Below, piece by piece: positions 24,490 through 39,014 of a stretch of DNA of 64,000 nt. The stretch is from Pelomyxa schiedti (lineage: Eukaryota; Protista; Evosea), in contig JAHLWZ010000489.1 of the NCBI GenBank assembly GCA_020536535.1, forward strand, positions 1-64,000. Direction: 5' to 3'. Under the pieces are notes generated by a model. It was not told where the DNA came from. It searched no databases and was given only the letters and a program-made list of their open reading frames with translations. The position numbers were made by a program, and so were the translations under genes. How positions within the stretch are numbered: position 1 is the stretch's first letter; the number at the start of each line of letters is the position of its first letter.

Positions 24490-26452
24490 ATGCCATGCCC
24501 GTTGCTGGTAGCCCAACCGCCCCGCGCCCTCACATTTTTAGACGGTTTTACAGTTGGACTGTTTGGAATTGGACTGGAAACATATTGGAGTCAATTCGAG
24601 GGACTGCGTGACAGACTTATGGGGTATTTGGCAAGAGTGGAGAGGTCACTGCTTGATATGAGCCAAAAAATATCTATTAATATCGTAAATGCTGGTTTGT
24701 TGTCTGTTAATTGTTATTTCTCTAATGATGGGTTTTTCATATAAATAGGTCTTGTTGATAGTAGTGAAAGTGCACGTTTGGCTGGGACACTGTTTGCTCG
24801 GACTAATGCAACGTTTTCCTTTAGCTCCGCTATACAATTTCTGATTAGATTTCCGTTTAGATTGATTTACTTGTGCTGTACGTTACAACCTACGCTCTAA
24901 GCTCTACGGTTTTGCTTGTACTGCAAAGCCTGAAAGGATCTAAAGTAAACTTTATAGGGTTTTGGCGTTTTCTGAAACACCTTTTAGGTGCCTGTACTTG
25001 TTCTTAACTTACAACCAACTGAGAGGATCGATTACAGCACTTTTAATGCTCTTCCATCACGCCATCAGAAGACTGGAGAGTGGTTAGCAAATTGCCAAGC
25101 TTGTTGTATTCCAGGTAACAGAATCAAACAAAGCACTCCCCTAATCGAAAAAAGAGATATCTTGCGTTCTCAAGCAAACCAGCACAAAGTACTATATTGT
25201 AACTGGGACACTGGACAACCAGGGCGTTTGGGATGAAATCCGTGGCTATATTATGGCCTGCACGGTGGCGGTCTCACTTGCCCACAGTCGTGTGGGGCTA
25301 ATGGGTCGGTATTACTGCGGAATGTGCGATGTATATACGGATTATACCCGGTTATGCCATGCATTTGGTGTAGAGTTTGTGCACGTGGAAGTGGACGAAC
25401 TGACTGCTACATTCATTGAAATCGCACGCAGCTACAATGCAACACCTGGCACTCCTCCACTCAGCGGAGTTTCAGCCTCTGCTACTCCCAACCCAGTAAC
25501 ACACATGCTGGAAACATTATTCCCACAAGTTTTCTCCATCTCACCACAGTGCTCTGGAGAGGACCTTATCCAAGCGGCAATAACATCATGCGCTCTGCAA
25601 AACATTGTGAAAAGGCATAACCTAGGGGCTATAGCTTACTACTATGAGGGGCAAGGGCACTTGGAGCACAGCGAAGCCCGAAATAACCGCGACTCTATTG
25701 CATCCATTATACCCGGTGCAACTATCCTTACAGCTTTGGGGACACCAATGGCTGGGGAGTACGAAGTGAAGAATGTCATTGCTATGAAGATAATGGACCT
25801 TCTTGGGTGCGGTGGGTCCTTTTCTGAGTTCTACTCCATGGTTTTTCTTGTTTTTCTTAAGCTAATTCCGATTAACCCACAATCAGGATTTTGTAGATGA
25901 CGTACTTATTCTTGGGCATGATGGGCCTTGCCATTCAAGAATAGCCCAATGTGCTGATTCCCTGTTCCCTCCTAATTCTCAACCCTACCCAGATAAAGTC
26001 GACTTAGTTCCCCTGGAAGTCTACCACGGGAAAAAAGGAAGAGGCCTGAGCGTTCAAATGAGTGTGGTCCATGGGCCTATAACAATACTCTCTGTATGTC
26101 AGTCCCCATCCGGTGGTGTTCTCCTTCTAGTAGCGGAAGGAACCGCAGTCCCCGGTCCCACGCTAGGTACTAAATCCACAATTCCATCATCAACTAGCAA
26201 TATATTATATATAACAATAATAGAATAAAATCTTCTATCCACTTCTGAATTCAGAAGAATATCCACTGACACTGAATTTCAGAAATAGGAAACACCAACA
26301 CGCGGTGCCGATTCAATGCACGCGTAGGTGACATGGTCAATGCGTGGTCAATGGCTGGGCCATCCCATCATTGCGCCCTGGCCACTGGTCACCTGGCCTC
26401 TGTCATCCACAAACTGGCTTTGCTCCTGGGCATAGACTTCCAGCAAGTTTGA
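24490..26452 (+). CDS. araA: L-arabinose isomerase-family sugar isomerase of bacterial type, 8 exons
   Basis: VGLFGIGLETYWSQFEGL, YVTTYALSSTVL, GEWLANCQACCIPEI, GRYYCGMCDVYTD, AGEYEVKN, GSFSEFYSMDF, LGHDGP, AGPSHHCAL. Substrate not established. Confidence 0.88.
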
Positions 26453-26721
26453 GGATTCCTCAGAGAAGGTTACTGACCTATAAGCTAATTCTATGCAATG
26501 TTGATTGTTTGTAGCCAACAACTCGACAACAACCACCAATGTGTCCATCATCAAGCCCCAAAACAAAAAGAAGGGTAGAAGAATTACACCATCACTAGTT
26601 CGTTCTTTTCACGAAACTTTTTTTTTTCTTTTTGTCGTCGGTGACAGGAGCAAAAGCCCGGATACACTAACGACGCAACGCAAACATTAAACAAAGAAAA
26701 AAAAACAAGACACACATAGAG

Positions 26722-29164
<2,443 letters not shown>

Positions 29165-29292
29165 TACACTTCATTAATGTACACCCCACACCCCTTTGTT
29201 ACTATCACACATTGCTTTTTTTTTTTCTTCTTCTTCTTAGTTTGTTTTGACGGGATGGAGGTGGTGACACTGTTCTCACCGTGCAGTTTAGG

Positions 29293-31491
29293 TTACGTTG
29301 ATCTTGGCCTTTTGGGGGCTGGAGTGTGGGCTTGGTCCGCCAGCCAGTCCTTGGTCTCGTCACAAAGCCAATCCCTTTGAGTCCTGGGTAAGGTTGTGTT
29401 GGCGTAGTCCAAAATCTCGGGCACAGCGAGCCCCAGCTTTTTGATGGAGAGGGAAATATGACGCGGCGATGCCAGGACGATGTTCAGGAGCGCGTTCCTG
29501 GTACGAGTGTTCTTGTCGTTTTCTTCCGTCATGTCGTTCTGCTTTGGAACGTACCTGATGGCGGCTGAGATACCAGGAAATCGCCTCAGAAGCATCCTCC
29601 ACGTGGACAAGCTTATGATCCACGGCAGCAAATAACCTTCGGCTTTGGCTAGTACGCTCAGCACCTTTTTTTTTTCCCCGGTTAGAATAGGTAGATAGAG
29701 GTGCTGATTTTAAACCTGAGGTAACGTGATGTCGAATCTTTGAATCAGCCACTCTGCACAGTTGGTTTTCCTTAACAGGTTTTGCAGTAAATCAATAGTA
29801 TTTTTTCTCTTGATGTCCTCTGCATTCAGGTGGTAAGTCTCAACCACCCACTTCACAGACTTGCTGGAGAGCATGTGAACCGAGAGGCTTTTGCCTGCTT
29901 GGGACTGTGTTGGCATCAGAAGGGCATATATCTCACTGATAGACTTGAAGTCATATTCCGCTGCATACAAGAGAACTGTGTCCCACATTTCATTTGTATC
30001 TTCAGAGTGGGGGATGTCAAATTTCTTCAACAGGAACAAGGCACCTGGGAAGTTTTTTTTTCTGAGGCAGTTCACAACTGCATTCATCAAATCACCCTCG
30101 TCAGGTATCCTTGGTAGTAGTCTGTTGACGAGCCACTCAAGTGGCTTGTACCCATAATCCAGTGCATGTGCCACCGCTGAGAGCTCGACCTTCTCAGAGC
30201 CCATAATGTTGTGGTATCTCTCCTGCAGCCAGTTTGCTACTGCCATGTTGTGTGCACCTAGTGCCTTGCAGAGCATATCTGGAACTGTAATATTCCGGTG
30301 TGCGGCATATTGTGTTTCTCTCTGCAGCACCAACTGTACCACAGGAACACTGTCTCTCTTGTTTGTGAACACGTGGTCATCAATTGTTAGGAAAACGTGG
30401 CAACTGTCAATAAGCCACTCAACGAGACTTACATCGCAGATTGTGTGGACAGCATGCAGCAGGCACTTCTTTGATGGTGTCACCAAACCACTATCAAGCA
30501 TCCACCTCAAAGTCTTTGCTTCTCTGCAACTTTCCACACATTCTTCCCACTCCATGGCCGGGAATTTAAACGCGAACCACTTGCACCCCTCAATCTTCTC
30601 CTCAGCACGCTTTTTACCTCCCAGAAACTTCTTTGCCATCGTCTCTGGATGCGTGACAGCAGGGCATTTTCCGACCAGCCACTTTATCACGTCCAAGTCA
30701 CCACTTGACAGGCCCGGGCAATAGTGCGTTTCACCAAACAGCCACTTCACCACGTCCAGGTGGCCGCCCTGAGCAGCCGCACCAAGTGCGTAGCCGAGCT
30801 CCGCCTCACTTGCGCCGAACCTGTGCACCATCCACCTTGCTATCTTCAAGTGACCGGCCCTGCACACAGAGCACAACAGAGGTTCTTTCTGTTGGTCGCT
30901 GCTCCAGAAATGCACGTCCCTCACGTCGTCGTCTGCATCCTCGCCACGCTCACCAGCAGGCCAGCTCAACCCACAATTCCTCATCCACGATAAGTCATCA
31001 CATGTAGCGCTACTGCTACTCCCCCTCCCACAATGGCGCCGCTGGGGTGCCGGTACTGGGCTTGTTGCAGTGGTTGTGGTTGGAGACGGATTGGATCTTG
31101 CGGCGAGGGACTGAGCGGCTCTGAGGTGGCCGCCGACACACAGACCACGAAACACAGCCAGGCAGTCCTTGTAGCTGTCCCTGGTGTCCCGGTGTCCCAC
31201 AATCCACCTCACGCACCTCCCTCTGCCATCATCGCATGCGGCGATGGCGGCGCACTCCAGCGCGAAGTAGGACGAGCGGTAGCGCGTGCCCCCGAGCCTC
31301 ACGTTTCTGGTCGCTAGTACCGCGGCGCATGCGCGTGGCACGAGTGGGAACATCGACTCGGCGAGGGCCATCAGGCGGACACACTTGTTGCGCGTCAGTG
31401 GGTGGCCGTCGCTCTTGCTTTCCAGAATGTATGGCACTACGACGTGTACCCAGACAGTGTGCGAAACCGTCAGAACGATCTTGTTCGCCAT
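29293..31491 (-). CDS. Ankyrin-like repeat protein (paralogue of 53324-55604), 2 exons
   Basis: 593-aa ORF with VCRAGHLKIARWM and AAQGGHLDVVKWL repeats; intron 29665-29715; last exon STWRMLLRRFPGI. Confidence 0.8.
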
Positions 31492-31649
31492 TATTCAAAT
31501 AATTGCTTTTGTCAAGGAAAGGAAATGGGCAGAAGGGGGCGAAGAGTTCTTCCAATCATATTCTAATGATGGTACACCATACTTTGAAGCGGATCTATTT
31601 ACATTTTCGGTACAATGCATTTGGTTGACAAAATTGCTGATGGTGGCAT

Positions 31650-32372
31650 GGATGATGATGGTTGGTGTGACAGGAGACATCCCCTCAGAATCGTGGCCAA
31701 CAGCATGGCAACCATAGTAATACCAATTAACATGCTCATTATTGGGCTTGACGAAGCAGTCGTCGCAGTGGGGGTGCCCGCATCGGTAAGAATGTTGCAC
31801 CCGGGACCACACACGCCTTCACATTGGAATCCATCTAAGAAGCATTCCTCAGTCCAGCAATCCATGTCGCATTGGTAGTTGCCAATCAGCCAGGGCCACA
31901 GTTAGTGCACTGCACATTGGAAATGGGAGTTAGAGACACGGCAAAATAAAGTATAAGATATAAGATTACAAGTGTATGATGTGATCCGCTGAGCCATATA
32001 TAATAAAAAAAAGAAGCTCCTACACACAGCAGTCTCCGCCGTCCCACGCACAGTCGGCGTTGGCGCACTCCCAATCGCACATGCCATTGCCCCAGTCTGC
32101 TGCAGCGCAGTTCCAGTCGCCGCAGTCTCCGCCGTCGTAGTTGCATTCCTCTGTCATGCACCACGAGTCGCATTGGCGGTTCCCGATCGATCTGTCCGGG
32201 CATCCAGGGTTGCATAGGTCTGTTTGTTGTTGGTGAGATATAAAAATGGCGCAAAAGGAAAAGAAAAACGGGAAATGGAGCACGCCTCTGCAGTCGCCCT
32301 TATCGAAGAAGTTTCCCCTGCTGAAACACTCGACGACTTCCCGAAAGAGGGAAAAATCACGACACGAGTCCC
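31650..32372 (-). pseudogene. Deleted copy of the LNR-repeat gene
   Basis: Aligns to 33170-34730 but lacks the ATG/signal peptide, has a 1-nt loss in NC-PWLIGN, and has an out-of-frame internal deletion of about 856 bp. Confidence 0.75.
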
Positions 32373-33169
32373 TGCGATGATGATTGCACACACACCCACC
32401 TCAGCGGAATCCTCCTCCTCGTCTTCCCCGATACCTCCACCGAGCAGCGGCCTCGGCTGGTGGCGACGCTCCTTGGGGGAGCACACAGCCTGGGCGACCC
32501 ACGTGTGAGGCACGCTGTTGTGGATCTGCCTCTTGTGCGAGTTTGTGGCCATGAAGCTGTGACCGAAAGACTTTCTTGATGGTTCTTGGAATTGTCCAGA
32601 CTGCCCATAATTTCTCTGTAAGCAGTAGCTGGGTATTTTCGAGGGCAGGGACAAACTGACCTTCATACCTTCTCGGCCTTTTGGCTAAGATCAAGTGTAG
32701 TATCTGTTCTTTTCAGCTTAATATCTGAAAGCTGCCCATTGGGTAGCATCGATATTAAACTTATTTTTTGTGGGGTCGCTGGGGGTGCCTGGTTGGTGGT
32801 GGGGCTTGCTCCGCCGTCAACTTGGGCTCCCTCCTGATTGCCCAGGCACTGCACTGCCGCCTCGTGTGGTCAGCCCCACTCCCAATTCAAGCAAAACAAA
32901 GCATTTCTTTTAATCTTGTTTGTGACTATGGTCCGTGCCGAAAACTTGTGTGTTGGGAATAAGGAAAGGAACCTGTGGAATCTGGATGCTGTGCAGTGGG
33001 TCCACTTAAGACAAACACATCTACCACACTCAGTCAGGTACACCTGTGTAGTGTACCTGCACAATGGCTGTGTTGACTTATCACCCACTATTTACAATGT
33101 ACAAAGTTTTTATTTCAAAAAAAGGAGATGGTTGTTTTGTTTCTGGTATTTATGGTGGGGCATCATCTC

Positions 33170-34829
33170 CTATGCTGATGATGTTGATGATGAAGAAGAA
33201 GAATGATGATGGTTGGGATGACCAGGATACACCTGCTCAGAATCGTGGCCAATAGCATGGCAGTCATAGTAATACCAATTAACGTTCTCACCAGCGGGCT
33301 CGACGAAGCAGTCGTCGCAGTTGGGGTCAGTGCAAATGTGTGGAACGTGGACGCCCTCTGGTGACCACTCAGTGTATCCCCACAGGTTGTTGTCGATCAG
33401 TATGCAGTCAGACTTGGTCCAGTAGTAGATCATTGATGGTCTGCCATGACAGTCTGTGTTGGCAAACGTAGCATCCCACGCCGGCCTGGGCATATATGAT
33501 TAAAATAAATGAAGAAATTAATACAAAACAACACTCAAAGGCAAAACACCATACAGTCGAGAGATACACACACAGAGAGAGAAACAAACATACTCTTCCT
33601 TGAACCAGCGGCCTATGAGGGCATCAAATTCGGCCACAGTGGCACAACCTTCAAGGAGGTTCCCAGCATCAGGGTAGCATGCCGGTTCCGAAGGGCAGTT
33701 ACAGACCCAATCGTTCTCATTTGTGCAGTACTGAGCAAAGACCTCGAGGGCTTCCCCAGTGCATGTGGTGTCAACAAACTCCGCAGAGTAGTACACGAGT
33801 GAAAAGTCGCAGTCGCCGCCGTCATATCCACAGTCCTCATTGTTGCACCGATCGTCGCAGTGATTATTGCCAATCATATCTTCGTGACACCACCAATCAT
33901 CACGATCAGTGTAACCATCCATCTCACCACAGTAGCCATCTATGTTGTGTGTTAGGCTCGTAAAGAGAGAATAGATTGATATAATAAGGGGAGACAAACA
34001 AGCGTCGCAGTCGCCGCCGTCCCGGTTGCAGTAATCGTTGTAGCACGTGGTGTCACAATTCCCGTCACCAACCTGGCTCCTTTGGCAATAGGGGTAGTCG
34101 CAGTACTGCCCGATCACGGCGTCACAGTCACCGCCGTCCCAGTTGCAGGCCTCGTTGTAGCAATCCATGTCACAATAGCCATTGCCCACGTCGGTTGGAA
34201 TGTAGCACGAGGGAGCGCACAAGCCCTCGCAGTCGTATCCGTCCCAGAAGCATTCCTCGGTCCAGCAATCTATGTCGCATTGTTCGTTGCCAATCAGCCA
34301 AGGGTAGCAGTTAGGAGCGCAGCCGATGAACACTGCACATTGAAAGGAAGTGAGGGTTAGACACATAAAACCAAAGTATAAGATATAAGATTAAAAAAAA
34401 AAGAAGATACTACGCACAGCAGTCCCCGCCGTCCCACGCACAGTCGGCGTTGGCGCACTCCCAATCGCACATGCCATTGCCCCAGTCTGCTGCAGCGCAG
34501 TTCCAGTCGCCGCAGGCCCCTCCGTCGCCACAGTCTCCGCCGTCGTAGTTGCATTCCTCTGTCATGCACCACGAGTCGCAATCACCGTTTCCGATGGAAC
34601 TGTTATAGCACCCAGGGTTGCAGAGGCCTGTTTGTTGTTGGTGAGATATAAAATGGGCTAAAAAAAAAGGGAAGGAACCGCTGCAGTCGCCGTTGTCGAA
34701 GGAGTTTTCCATGCTGAAGCACTCGATGTCGCATTGGCCATCACCATTTCGACCATAACAATGGTCTCCCCAGCCTTCAGAGGCAAAGGCGAGTGTGGAG
34801 AGGGCAAGCAAAGCAATGATGCACCTCAT
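33170..34829 (-). CDS. Secreted protein with seven LNR (Lin-12/Notch) repeats and a unique Cys-containing C-terminal domain
   Basis: Signal MRCIIALLALSTLAFAS; repeats C..C....GNG.CD..C..E.C.WDGGDC; GT-AG introns. Confidence 0.88.
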
Positions 34830-35384
34830 CTTGTTGTTTGTTTGGTGAATGTTTATGTTTTTAGTGTTTGTTCTCTTTGACGAGAGAGTGTTGTTTGTTG
34901 CCTTGGTTGTTTGTTTGTTTTGTTTGCTTTTTTCTTTTGACAAACAAGAGCCAAACGGTTCCGCTTAAAAAGCCAGCCAGGCATCCACCGCTGCGGCACG
35001 CATCACGTTGTTCATTGCCCAAATTGATGAACGACTTCCGAAAGAGGGAAAAATCACAACACGAGTTTGCCAGTGACCTGTGATGGTTGAACTCTTCATC
35101 ACTCCTTCTGCGCATCGCACTGTGCTCATGCACATCCGGACGGGAACAAAGGGCCCGCTTTTTAGTGTTCTTTCGGAGACACGTTCCGACAACGTCTTCT
35201 CTATAACCATCAACCGCCGCATCCTCGTCGCCCACTCCCCCTGTTGACGCCCCTTTCCCCACACCTCTTGTGAAGCAGACTTATGGGATCGCATTGAATA
35301 ACACATGGTAGCCTAGATGGAAGAGTGAAGAACGACGAACAAAGGGGTTGGCTTAATGGTTACGGTACGGACTGCTCATCTGGG

Positions 35385-36025
35385 TGCAACGAGATCACTT
35401 GACAAGGGCGGCGGAGCCTGCGACTGGTCCTGCTACAACGACGAACCGGACCGCGAGCGGCATGATGGCGACTGTGATACCTACATGGAGAGCCCACTAC
35501 GCTACAATGCCTGCCTCGACACAGAGGTTGGCGATGGGGTTTGTAACAGCTACTGCTACAACCAGTTTGGTGACCGGGACGGCGGCGACTGCGGCAGAGT
35601 TCCCACCTCTCTGTTCTCTATGCAGTATCCCTCCTCTCCTCTTCTTGTGGGTGGTTTATTATTATTTATTAAGGTTTATAAGAATATAAGAATATAAGAA
35701 TTGCCTTTCCTAACTCCAAACAACAGATGGGACCTACCGTGGCGAATTCTGCCACATGGACTTCATTGGTGATGATGACATGACTGCGACGTTTACTGCA
35801 ACACGGATGAATGTGAATGTGAATATGATAGCGGTGACTGGGACTTTCGCTGCGTCTACTACGAAACCGCGTTCACAGATGACACATGCACCGGCGACGT
35901 TCTCACGGTCAGTACTTACTATTCCCATTCCCGGGACTGCGGCCGCTACTGGGATGACCCCTCGACCTTATCTGCAGACATTCAATGCCCTAATCGACGA
36001 CTGGTTCGAGGAAGAGTATGTTCGT
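35385..36025 (+). pseudogene. Frameshifted, inverted LNR-repeat paralogue
   Basis: CDWSCYN..DGDC, VGDGVCNSYCYNQFGDRDGGDC, CHMDFIG /fs/ DCDVYCNTDECE..YYETAFTDDTCTGDVL /fs/ FNALIDDWFEEEYV match the 33518-34366 region; an in-frame TGA also occurs near 35400. Confidence 0.75.
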
Positions 36026-36195
36026 GCTTATTATTATTATACAAGTAATTTAATATTATATTTCTCGTCATTGATGGCTGCTGACTGATCTCGGTTGGTG
36101 GTGCCTCTGCTGCCAGCAGCTAAAACCCCTCCTCTATGTATATCTTTTTAAGAAGAAAAAAAACTGAGTGTTATGAAAACAAGTTTTTATTTCTC

Positions 36196-37748
36196 TCAAT
36201 TTCTTAGGATCGTGAAGCGAGACAGGCAGCCAATGCACACGGCCGGTACATACTGTGTGTTGCTTGTGAGTGTGGTGTTCAATATTTCACGCCCATTGAC
36301 TTTGAATGACACTTGCAAGCCTTTGTCCCTGCTGACCTCCATGATGACAGATGAACCTAACCCTTACTTCATCAAAGTATTCAAACTTGGGTGAGTCGGG
36401 GGATCCCCAATTCATCCTCACACCCAGTGCAACCTGGGGATTCCATTGGTCAGGAAGGTCTTGTATTGATGGGCTTTTCCGGCATAGTTCCTGTGGAACA
36501 AGTGCGAACTGAAATGCACCACATGCGGTCACTTCCAGTTTCAGGCTGGATGCTGGCAGCAACGGCGATGTGAGGAATGCCATTACACCCCCGGCGGATG
36601 CAGTCCGATAGCATGTGTCTCCTTCCACCCGGACTGAACTTTCCTGAAAATAGTGTCAGTCAGTAAATGTAAGAATGAAAGGGACTTACAAGCTTGGAGG
36701 TGTCCCACTGCCACTTGGGTAAATCTTGCAGTACGTTTGCTTTGGAAAGTTCGAGCAGTTTGTCAACTTTTGCTTCAAGAACACTGAGGTCATGAACAAG
36801 TTTCTGTTCAAGTTAGTTTTGAGATGTTACATTGACGATGTTACAGAATTCAGTGTGTTAAGTGATTCTATCTTGGAATTTTGGGAGGCTATTGTTGCCC
36901 TGAACTCGGCATGTTCTCGGGTGAGTTTCTTTTCAGTGTTGGTGAATAATTTGCGGAAAAGAGAAACATAAATACCTCGTTTTGTGCAGATAAAGACTCT
37001 ATTTTTCCATTCAGCACGTCAAGATGGGGCCGCAGCAAAACTAAAGGGCAGGATTCCTTGTGAGAACCAAGCTGAGCTCTCTTTCCTGATTAATATGTGA
37101 GGTATTTGGGAAGGGGAAATTTGAAATACCCTTCCAGGAACACTGGGGGGATTCGCAAGGAAGGAGTGCACAAGAGCAAACTCCATTATGCATGGGCATG
37201 TTTTTTGGAGAAACCAGCTCACCACACCCATTCGGGCACTCTGTAAAGATATAAGACGTAGTCGAGTGAAGTAAATACCAGCAGGAAGTTGCTTGCACTC
37301 CAACTGGTGGTTCTTAAAAGATACACGCGCACCAACGTCACCACACAAAATACATTCAACCTGGAGTTGATCCACCTTTCCAAACGGTTAGTTACTCTAC
37401 ATATATATACATACATATATATCAATCACTGAGATAGCCAGAAAGTCAAAACCACAACCACCCATAATTCAAACAGCCCAACGGCAACAACAACCCAAAT
37501 ACACACACACGCACCACCACGTGGGCCTCGCACAGGATGGTGCCGCACGAGTGCATGACAGGCGCGACGTAGGGCCCCCCGCACACCCCGCACACAAGCA
37601 GCCCGCTGATGCTCCCCTCGTTGATGTACTTGTACATCCGTGTGCTTGTTGGTGTTGGTGTTGGTTGTGGTTGTGGGGTGCATCCTGGGGCACCAGCTCC
37701 CACTGCTGCTGCTGGAACCACCTTGGTTTGTCCTGGTCCACCCGACAT
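36196..37748 (-). CDS. RING + TRAF-type zinc finger + coiled coil + SPRY-like protein
   Basis: LLVCGVCGGPYVAPVMHSCGTILCEAH; VECILCG..KNHQLECKQLPAECPNGCGELVSPKNMPMHNGVCSCALLPCESPQCSWKGKRAQLGSHKESC; C-terminus VSFKVNGREIL..QYVPAVCIGCLSRFTILRN*. Confidence 0.75.
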
Positions 37749-38041
37749 GTCCTTGGTGTTTTTATGGGAAGGGATAAGACTGTGAAGAACGCGCTTGTTG
37801 GGTCTTGCACAAGGAGAGCTCGCATGGGCATTTCTCCAGCTCCCTCTGGAGAGATTAGATTCGGGAAAGAGAGGCCTTATTTTGGGTACTTTTTTCTTCA
37901 TCTTGTCATCAGGGCGTTCTGGGAAGAAGATCTTCTTACTGGAGGGACACTTAAGAAATAAAAATCAATCAATAAACCTAACGCGTCGCTGCGCGATCGT
38001 TAAACGCCGGATTTGCGACAAGATCGTTGAAACGTACACAA

Positions 38042-38864
38042 ATGGCCAAAGGAAAGAAGGAACTGGTCGCCAAACTCATTTTGATTGTTTGCGGGCTCGC
38101 TTTCGTATGTACAAACGACGATATAATATATATGTATTTGCCAGGTTGTAATGAAAATATATGCAGGTGGTGTGCTGCGCGTTTTACGCTTGGCAAATAT
38201 ACCTTGCTTCTGACGTTGATACTAACGGCTCCGCTGCGGGTGGTCACGAAGTTGACCTTGGAGGTTGGCTTTCTACAACGCTTTAGCTTTAGTTTTCGAC
38301 TTACCTCCTTTCCCATACACTTAGGTGTCATCAGCAACGCAGTGTGTATTTTAGTATTAATCATTATCTGTGTACTCTGTTTCATTGGGGCACTGAAACA
38401 AATAATTGCAGTCCTTGGAACAGTGAGTTCACCCTCACACAATGCGCGAGCCTTATGTACATTTTAGTTGATTCTTTCTGGGGTTATCATGTTCCTTCTG
38501 TGCCTTCTCCAAATTATCTTCTACCTCGTTGGACGTAACACTTGCGATGACAGCTCTTTCTTTAAGTAAGTAGGTATGAACCCTTGCCAGCATCTGAGTT
38601 CCCTTACAGTTACGTTTGTGACCATCAGACTTGGTGGCTTATTATCGTGAATGCTGTGATATGCGGACTAGCGGTAATATTTTCATCTGCAACTTGCAGT
38701 TCCAACCAAATACACAGGCACTTAGCATTGTTTGTTCCGCTGTTCTATTGTACTGCAAGTCAAAAGACAAACCAGCAGATACTGCCCTTGGTAATGCTTT
38801 TTTCTTTCCTCCACCAACCAAGCACTAACATCCACCAACAGATAACTACTATCCCAGTTCCTAG
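38042..38864 (+). CDS. Small four-TM (tetraspanin-like) membrane protein, multi-exon
   Basis: Hydrophobic exons KLILIVCGLAF, NAVCILVLIIICVLCFIGALKQ, LILSGVIMFLLCLLQIIFYLVG and WWLIIVNAVICGLA, with a Cys-bearing loop; ends DNYYPSS*. Confidence 0.55.
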
Positions 38865-39014
38865 AGAACCAGCCATTAGGCAATATGTAACTCCAACTAC
38901 ATCACCCCATACCCCGTTGTATCAATTTAAAAAACCCTCGAGTTTTGAAAAACAATTAAAAAAACCCAAGCAATTATTATTATTATTATTAAAAAGCAAC
39001 GATAGGCCCTAGGA

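Noticed and set aside
24490-26452. Bacterial contamination as the source of the isomerase (and of the M6 genes)
   Set aside because: Multiple spliceosomal introns are needed to restore the frames, and the genes are contiguous with clearly eukaryotic neighbours.
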